A stretch of 47,441 nucleotides of DNA, from the NCBI GenBank assembly GCA_018398765.1, contig JAHBMJ010000454.1, positions 1 to 47,441 on the forward strand. Direction: 5' to 3'. The translations under genes were made by a program, and so were the position numbers. Below the pieces are notes generated by a model that was not told where the DNA came from, made no database searches, and saw nothing but the letters and a program-made list of their open reading frames with translations. This DNA comes from Chromera velia (taxonomy: Eukaryota). Below, piece after piece: positions 38,590 through 47,441 of this stretch (the first letter of the stretch is position 1; every line of letters starts with the position of its first letter).

Positions 38590-39500
38590 GAGGGTGCTAG
38601 GAAGGCTTGCGCAGCTGCTGCTGTTGTGGAAGAGAGAAACCAAGGACTTTTCAAAAAAGTCTCAGTCGGAGAATTGGAGAGGTACTCAAACTCAAGCAAC
38701 TGCATCTCGCGACTGCAGATTCACAGGGGCTGTAGAAAGGGGGGAGAGGAGGGGGTGCACGTGGTTGATGTCAGTAGGTTGGAACTTTGGCAGTACCCTG
38801 CGTCAAAGACTTTCATCGCTCACATGCATAGCAAAATTGAGGCCCACTTCTGACCTAGCCAGCTAGAATTCTACATTTTTTTTTTCTATTCTTCGCACTT
38901 CTTTACTAGAATGCACTGCTAAGTCCTGGGCAACAACTTATAAACGCCTTTACAGAAACACTGTTTAACACTGTCACGTATTCGACAGAGTTCCATTTTT
39001 TTTTTTTTCAATTCCATAATTTCTATTCCAATTGTAATAATATCGTTCAATTTAAATGGTTCAAACCGGTGGTTTTTCACCTTTCTAGCGACTGGGGGCA
39101 TAATTGTACTTTGAGTTGCCAACCTAGCCTTCGGGAGGCGCAAGCCAGTGACGTCTCTTTAAAAAGATTTCTTCCGTCTCTTTCCCCTACCCCTTTTCTT
39201 CCTCGTTCCCATAAAAAGAAGGTGATTCACAGTGTGCTGTTCGTTTGTTTGCCTTGCAACGGTTGAGTCAAAATGGTGTCGCTCAACTCTTGGTGTCAGG
39301 GGCCGCCTCAGTATGTTGCGAGCACCTTCAAATGCCCTTCTCAATCTAGGTTGACAGATGTGAATGGAACTTGCATGTCATGCCCCGTGGTTGGCCAGAG
39401 CCTAAGTGGTGGCTTACCGGCTTTAACCGCCCCAATTCAATTTAATTCATAAGTAGTTTAGTAAGTAGTCGATGTCAAATTTATAGATTTTTTAAATATA

Positions 39501-39955
39501 CACATGCCGGGGGTAAGTGGGGTGCTTTTTGCTCCCCTAAAGCGGCGCATTTCCACAAAAAACTCGTTCTCATAATTGGTAAGGAGTTAGAAGCTGAAAC
39601 TTTGTGTAAGAAGACGTTATAACGATAGAAAAAGAACTATCGAACAGATTTTTTATATCATTTCTAGAAACATAGGCTGCCATACAAATTTTTTGATTTT
39701 TAGGCCATTTTTTAACGGTTCCTAATAGTAAGAAAAACGGTATAAAATTCACAAAATTTGTATGGCAGCCTATGTTTCTAGAAATGATATAAAAAATCTG
39801 TTCCATAGTTCTTTTTCTATTGTCATAACATCTTTTTACACAAAGTTTCAGCTTTTAACTCCTTACCAATTATGAGAACGAGTTTTTTGCGGAAAAGCGC
39901 CGGTCTCCTATGCAGAGGGGGGGGCAAAAAGCACCCCACTTGCCCCCGGCATGCG
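39501..39955. mobile_element. Foldback MITE with about 190-bp TIRs and TA TSD (Tc1/mariner-like)
   Basis: TA|CACATGCCGGGGGTAAGTGGGGTGC ... GCACCCCACTTGCCCCCGGCATGCG|TA; the arms are long reverse complements. Confidence 0.88.
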
Positions 39956-40862
39956 TAATTCATCCTAATTAACAATACACACTCAAAATTCTCTTATTGA
40001 TTCACTTATGTAAATTCATTTAAATTCATCAATGGAAGTTCATTGCTTAAAATCAAGGGCCCGCTTTGTTATTAGATCGAGGGCTGAAGTTTACATAAAT
40101 TTATATAGATTCACTAAGATTCACTTAAATTCATTTATAAACTCACTCACCCATGAAGAGTAATGAGAGTCTCATTAAAAGATAGTACGAGCAGGTGCCA
40201 AGTTATATAGACCATGCATTCAATAGTATCATTAGCTAGATCAGTAGTGTATAGTACCTAGCAATGAAAACCTAGAATGGATACAGATTGTCATCATACA
40301 TTGATATCTACGGTCTAGCTACTAGTGGTAGTAGCGGTCTAGCTAGCACGCAGTCTACACGCTAGCACGCAGTTTAGGAAGTTTTAAAAAGCTTAGGCCT
40401 TTGAAGCTATAGTTTTGAAGCCTGTGGTCACATGATCATATAGATTTATTCGGTGCTACATTTGTTGATGGAGTGTACATAAGATAGGGACTTCAGCCTG
40501 ACTTGAAGTAGGAAGGGACGTACAACCGCTGGAAAATAAGGAGGAAGGGCAACGGCTGTACATACTGATTGGTTAGCGAAACGACGGCGGATCGATCAAG
40601 CTCTATGCATGAGTCTCTTTCTGCTCTTGAGATCGAATCTCTTCTTCCCGCAGGGGCCACCCCTTGACTAGTGTATGCCCCCACTGCCAAGGCTGTCAGC
40701 CCCCTTGTTCCAACCCCCCGGCCATCAAATGAGTCCGGCCGCAGCAACATCCCAGAGCTCACATCGATCCTCCTCTGACTGTCAGTATAGTTAGAGATGC
40801 ATGCCCTACACTACAGCGCATACATTCATCATCAGTCAGTCCGTGGCAGACCATGCAGGCAG

Positions 40863-42110
40863 CTACAGCCCGTTAGGGAAGACGGTCACAGGGGCCAAGT
40901 CCAGCACGTAGTCGCAGTTCCCTCCCCGCACCCCCACGTCGACCTGCACCTGCACCGTCATGTCATTGGCGTTGTTTCCCTGGGGGAAGGCGCAGATTTC
41001 CAGGAGGGAGTCTGCAGTGGACAGCCCGTTGTCGCACGAGAACGTGTACTGCCCCCCTATTCCCGATTGCACAGAAGCGCGTCCCAGGCACTCGTCAAAC
41101 TGTCTAGGGAAGATGCTCACATCCCCTGCAATGAAATCCCCTGCAGAGAGAACAAGACTGCCCCCCGCTGTCACTCGGACTCTGTCGAGAGGGGTCCCTG
41201 GAGGAACACCCAATTCGACAGAGACTAGGGTTGGGGGGCTGCCAGAGGGGGATGAGAGACCCAGTCCAGAGGGATCACATGTGGTGAGGTCAGAGACGGC
41301 AGAAGAGACCTCGACGCCCATCAGGGGCCCGGGAATGCAGTTGGCAATGCTCCTCTCATCGCACTGGCCCTCTCCAGTCTCCTTGAGCGTAACCTCAAAG
41401 TCTGCAAGCGTCTGATCGTCCACTCTCTCGAAGCAGATGCCTAGTTGAGGATCGTCACGGGGGTCGAGAAAATTAAAGGAGGTGCACTGGAAAACTGCGA
41501 CTGTAGATTCGGACTCGAAGGAAACGAATTGGCACTCTGGGACTGCAGCCCCTTATTCGACAATGACGGGCGTGCCTGTGAGGGGCAGGGGACTCCCTCC
41601 CGAAGAGGGTCTGTAGGAGAGGGTGACCTGAAAGGGATTGTCTCGGGACGCTCCGTCAAGTTCCCCCCCTCCTATCTGAAGAAACGCGTTGAAGGTCCCC
41701 GTCTGGGGACAGAAGCCCCCTGGCCCCAGACCTCCTCGGGAGGCTTCGGCAAGAGTGGCGTCTAGGCTCTCAAAGACTGTGAAGGTACCAAAGGCACCGG
41801 GGACACATTCAGGAGCAGTACCACCTCCATCTTCCTCTTTATCCCCTTTTCCCTTCTCTTCATTCTCTTTCGATTTGAAGGAGAAGTCAAGATCAAAGGC
41901 TCTGATGGAAGAGGCGGTGTCGTTCTTCCCGGTCCAGGAGAAGCCCTTGAAGGTGTCCTCAATTTTGGGGAGTTTGTCGAAATCGAAGGAGAAAAGGTCT
42001 TTGAAATTCGGAAAGGAGAAAAGGTCCTTTCCCTTCTCTTGTTCGCCATTTTCCTCTGCTTTAGCCAACAAGATAGAGACAGCAGACACAACAAGGAGAA
42101 TCTTGCCCAT
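40863..42110 (-). CDS. Secreted Cys-containing hypothetical protein with one in-frame TAA (41555-41553)
   Basis: Signal peptide MGKILLVVSAVSILLAKA; after the TAA the same frame continues GAAVPECQFVSF... into ORF 41423-40863. Confidence 0.65.
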
Positions 42111-42784
42111 CGCTTCGATGCTGCGGCGGTCGAGGTTCGGGTGCTGAAAGATCGATAAAGGTCAGACAATTCAGAGGGTGTTGCACGTCAGACTGTGCAA
42201 CAGGGGGACCTTCCTTAATTGTCGGAACAAAACCACCTGACCAAATTTCAGATGGAGAAGGGCTCAACAAGTACTAATTCATGCACAGATGCATACGCCT
42301 CTGTATGCTCGTATGACAAGCATGTACGCCACCGGGGTTCAGGGCTTCATATTTGATCGGTATAGTCGATCGGAGTCATGAAGGAAGCAGAATTGAGTGC
42401 ATGTTGCACACAAGGGGGCTCGTACAAAATACCTTATGCAACGGCGTTGCATGAGAGGGCTGGAGGGGGGGGGGGGTCTTATGCAGAGCTATAGGTGCAT
42501 GGTCCCTCAGGGCGCCGGCGGCCGCATTCTAGCATGCAATACATGCATATATTACGGGATACACCCAACCAGTTGGGTGAGTGCCTCGGGGGGCTATTTA
42601 GGGGTCCGCTAATTGATGCACACCATCGGGGGCTTGGGCATGTCGCCATGGGGCGGGGGCCACGGCAGCGAAGTATACTTTTCGGGACCGCGCGCGCGTT
42701 ATATGCATGTGCAACTCCGTGCGAGTTACTTGAGGGGCACGCATGTGCAAAGTAATTAAGGCATGTGCGATCGTAGCTCCGTGC

Positions 42785-44265
42785 GAGTTGTTTGAGGGGC
42801 ACATTTTAGAACTCGGGCGACACCGACCGTGATGGAGATAGAACCGATCCCCCCCCCCAAAAATGAAAAAATGCGTTATGCGAGTACGTACAATCTCAGG
42901 GCCTCTCGGCTGATCTCAGCAGAGCTGAGCTGCCCCCCGAGGCGACATATACGCACCGCCGCCTTGCCGTGGCCCCCGAGCCACGGTATCTGTAGCCCAA
43001 ACCGAAAAGAAAAAAGTAAAGGTGAGCCCCGCCCCCTACACCGAATTTCGCACGCGCGCCACTTACGTACTTCCTTACATTTCGGGTTGTAAACGCCTTA
43101 CGGGACCGTGCAGTAAAAATTTTGTGCATGCATGTCATTGATTAAAATGATTGAATTCGACCGCCTCTGAGGTCTGAATTCAGATGCGCTATCAGATGCG
43201 CTGTTCGACAGCTTTGTCAGACTTTGTAATGTGGGTGAGCAGATGAGGGAAATCTTTAATTTAATGATGGACATGGGCGTGACAGTGAGTGAGAGCTGGG
43301 TGAAAACACTACTCTTCAAACGCTGTCTCCGCGCGTCTCAATCTGTCTGTTATGAGTTTCATATTGTTTCCGGACTAAGCAGATCTGCCCTTTGGTCAGG
43401 TCTCCATTAGGGTTTCCACCTGTCCTGCTCCAAGGAAAGGTGAGTGGTCAATCTGTTCCTGTCTTCGTATTCCTCCTGTTTATTTGACTCCATAAATGAA
43501 AGCGAGACAGTCAGAGACAATCTGCTAGCAAGCGTATGCGACTCTCTGCCGCGAGCGAGCTGCTGAACCCGGGCGCCTATGGCTTTCCTCTAGCTCTATT
43601 CACTCTGTTTGAGCCTGCCATACAATATATGTGATTTCCTGTCTGTACTAACTTTGGGCTGTGAATCTTTGTGTCTTTGAGTAAATGGGTGAATGAGTAG
43701 GCGTGTTGGGTTTCCGTGTCCGTCTACATGTCTGTCTTAAAGTATCTCCCCGTTGCTGTCCACGATACTCGTTTCGATGCACGGTGCCCCTGTAGACAAA
43801 TTTTTCCGGTATTTATGTGCGTGGATGCCGGTCTGTGATGTGGTTTTATCTTCGTGTGCTCTGTCCGGCTTTCTCCGTTCCACATTTTTCTGTGTCTCTT
43901 AGGCTATGTGTGTATTGAAATTCGTCTCCTTTGAGTGACCAGGTGCACATTGATTGAGTGCAGGAGTGCTGAGACTCTGAAGAGAAACGCAAAGGCGAAA
44001 GACTGGCTAAGTGACTGCCTGACTGACTGACTAACCCACTGATCGACTGGCAGCGACAGACAGTCACAGTAACTGACTATTTGTCTGTCTTCTACATCTG
44101 TCTTACTGTCTGTAAAAAAATTCCCCTCCCCTAGAATACAAATATGGCCTGTTTGCCTGCCTGCCCACCTGCTCGCCTACCTACTTATCTGTCTGCTTCT
44201 TCGTATGTTTGTCTGTATGACATTATATGTAGGTGTATGTGTATGTGTATGGGGCCAGGAGGCAC

Positions 44266-44302
<37 letters not shown>

Positions 44303-44358
44303 AAAAGCGAGAGTGAGAGCGAGAGCGAGAGCGAGAGTGAGACAGAGAGAGAGAGAGG

Positions 44359-44418
<60 letters not shown>

Positions 44419-45069
44419 ATGTGGGTAGCTTATGCTTCAAGGCTCTAGCAGGACTACATCCATGATGTATTTCATTGTGTCGGCCTTTCTGCCTCGTGTG
44501 TTTTTGTATGTATGTGAGAGCTTCCTCTAAAAGGCTCTGTAATATTCCCGCTCCACTCTACTGCAGGGCCTGTATATGCTAGTGTGTATGGTTGTCTCTC
44601 GGTGTGTGTTTGCCTGCATATTCCTTTGTACAACCACCAGGTGGTGCACCGAGGTCTGCTTGCTTGAAATCACACTCAAAACTCTCTGGGTTGCTTGCCT
44701 GCTTTGGGGTCACTACCCAGGGCCACTGCCTCTTTTTGCACTGCACAATTTTAAATGTTGTGCGTATCAGTCTGTGATTGAAATGAAAGCCTTAGAAACT
44801 TTGAAGGAAAGGGAACATTCCTTAGCACGTCCCTATCTGATCTTCCATTCTCTTTCTCTGTGTATGTATATGTGTGTGTGTGTGTATGTGTATGTGTGTG
44901 TGTCTCCATCCGTGCGTGTGCGATCTATACCTGTGTGAGCTTGTCAGTCTGAGTAATGTGCGTGCTTATGTATGTGTGCGATGTAGCAGTGAGAGTGTGA
45001 ACTCTCTCTCTCTCTCTCTCTGTACGTGAGTGTGTGTGTGTGTGTGTATGTGTATATATGTGTATGTGT

Positions 45070-45124
<55 letters not shown>

Positions 45125-46206
45125 TGTATATGTGTACATGCGCACGTTAGCAGACAGGTGGCAGACGAAGACTCATGATCAGGGAGAGATAGAAAGCGAG
45201 AGAGGGAAAGAGCCAGATGGATGTACGGTTCTGCATAGGAGAAAGAGATCAAGGCCGATGCACCCAGACTGAAGTAGAGAAACTGACAGTGTCTCAGACA
45301 GATAGCAAGATTGAGAGACAAAGGCTCGGACAAAGGATGAAAGATGATGAAAGAGTAACTATTGTGTAAGTGATGCAGACATATATGCAGACACTGTAAT
45401 ACACTGTCAAAGACTAGGTCAAATACTGTTGGCTCACTGCTTCCTGGTCCTCGGACCGTCCTTCATGTCTGGGGCCTTTTCACAGATACCTTTACTGTGT
45501 TTTCGTATCGAACCTAATCGAGTTATTAGTGTATTGAGAGATCACGTTAACTAGAAAACGAGTCAATCACTCTCTAGATCGTCATTTTTTCCTTTTTAAA
45601 AATGTTAGAAAAAATATGGCAAATTAGTTTTATAAACTCAGGTAAAGAATATGTATTATAGACAGTTTGCAGATCGATTTGCTATAACTATAAGTAAGAA
45701 TTTCAGACTAATTTTTAGTCGTATTTAGGCCTTCATACGCGATAATGCGCGACCCCCGGTTTCCCCCTTTCAACGGGGCCACGGCATGCTCCGCAGGAGC
45801 ATTAAATATATATATGCAAACGGCAAAATGATGGCTCTTAGCGAGGGGGGGGTTATATGTAACGCCGTTGCATAAAGTATTTTGTACGAGTCCCCCTCAG
45901 TCCCCCAAGTTTGATCGCGCGCATTCGCGCGCAAAGGGTGCGATCGACGAGAATAAAGTTTGTGCATCCTCAGAGGGTATATAGCTTCGGCTCGCGGGGG
46001 GCAGCTTAGCTCTGCTGAGATCAGCCGAAAGGCCTTGTCAGAGATCGACCGTACTCGTATAATGCATTTTTTTATTTTTGGGGGGGGTACCGGGGGGCTC
46101 CCGGGGGGTTTGGTTTTGTCTCTGTCTGTCATGGTCTGTGTCGGACGTGCCGCTATTGGATTAAAGTAGAGAAAAATTATTTAGAAAAGTGTCCCTCAAG
46201 CAACCC
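42785..46206. mobile_element. Possible 3.4-kb element bounded by long imperfect inverted repeats
   Basis: 42850-42940 (CCCCAAAAATGAAAAAATGCGTTATGCGAGTACG...CGGCTGATCTCAGCAGAGCTGAGCTGCCCCCC) is the inverse of about 45995-46088; TTGAGGGGCAC motif at about 42792 mirrors 46189-46200; no TSD found. Confidence 0.55.
44270..44418. repeat. (GA)n microsatellite
   Basis: Seen directly. Confidence 0.9.
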
Positions 46207-46299
46207 TTCTGTACCCCTTTAACACTCCAAAAAACAGAAAACACCAGTGGAGTGTTAAAGGGGTACAGAGGGGTTACTTGAGGGATACTTTTCTAAATA
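46178..46299. repeat. 122-bp hairpin (about 52-bp arms)
   Basis: TATTTAGAAAAGTGTCCCTCAAG...TTAACACTCCA / TGGAGTGTTAA...CTTGAGGGATACTTTTCTAAATA. Confidence 0.88.
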
Positions 46300-47441
46300 T
46301 ATGGTGGAGCACATGCATTTCGCTTCCGAGGGCAGTTTAGCCCGGCTTGCACTAAGCTTTGCAGGCCCTGATCGACATTATATACTCAATCACTTCCATC
46401 ATTATATAACTTTGAAACAATATATATTATTAAACATGCATAGTCAAGCCACGCACGTACGGAATATTGCATTAACATACTGAGATATCACCTAGTAAGA
46501 CATTCATCCTAACATTCACCCAACTGCTTCAATGTAATAATTAAATGTATTTAGGTCCATTGTCCTGAAAGACTAGCTTACTAGAGCTTAGCTCGCTTAG
46601 GTAAATCTGATTCTAAATCCGATCACGAGGCGCTGACAAGTATTATAAATTTACAATAAATTAAATTATGGATGCTTACGGTATTGCCAACGCACGGAAG
46701 TGGGCGGGCGGGACATGAGGGGGGTCTTAATCAAACCGGACCCCGCCGCCCACACTGCACGATTTTGGCCTCGTATGGGGAAAGGAGAAGACAGCCCTGC
46801 CTTCCTTTCTTCCCGCTTCTGAACCCCATCCAACTCACCTAGGAGATGTCAGTTCGCCTCTCTAGACTCTCTCTAGCTGCTTGGTGCAGAAAAAACGACT
46901 CCAATACACATAGGGAGTGCAAAGAACGGACGTCTGAGCTCTGACACCTGAAAAGGCCAAAGAGGCCTCCCTGGACTCAGAAGTGAATAAAGGGCTGTGA
47001 TGCATCAATGATGATAAAATGCATACCGACACACTCCATCTGGTCCAGGTAACTTAGTTGCAACAGGAGAGAACGAATGGTTGGTGCACTGTGGACTTCA
47101 AGTGACAAGTCTGCCCAGGAACAGAAAGATACACTCCAGGGGGCAGCCTATGTGAAATCGCCGGAAGACCTTTCTCTTTCTTGAGTGCCTCCAACCTGCA
47201 TCCAGCACACAGAAGTACTGCCCAACACGCATATAATCATGTCTAGAGGGAATGAGCAAGACAGAACGACCTACCCGGGGAAGTGGAAGTCGATCAATGC
47301 TCCAGAGACGTCACTTCACCACAACAAAGACACAAAAGAATTTCACCTTCCCACAACCAGCAGACACACCAGCAACCCATCCCACTGCCCTGGAAGGATG
47401 TCAACTGATGAGAGGCACTGGGCAAAATTGTCGGGAATCGA

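Noticed and set aside
46680..47441. Possible decayed retroelement at the window end
   Set aside because: Composition is suggestive, but I found no motif or open frame.

Overview
Eukaryotic nuclear DNA, not prokaryotic: GT-AG introns, many microsatellites and GC-rich exons between AT-rich spacers. The style resembles a chromerid alveolate such as Chromera (inference only). Host genes: a Pro-rich repeat protein, an intronless secreted M14 zinc carboxypeptidase, a large disordered IQ-motif protein, an ankyrin-like repeat protein, a TRAF-like RING/zinc-finger/MATH gene and a secreted protein. The window is rich in mobile DNA. The main finds are a Penelope-like retroelement with an N-terminal GIY-YIG endonuclease upstream of its RT (30237-33570, minus strand) and a four-layer nested insertion at 1.27-5.71 kb (TIR element > CACGG-TIR element > non-autonomous LTR element with non-TG..CA ends > hAT-type element). 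There are also twin MITEs with 8-bp TSDs, a TA-flanked foldback MITE, a LINE relic and a 356-bp tandem array. Several otherwise well-formed reading frames carry isolated in-frame TAA/TAG codons.
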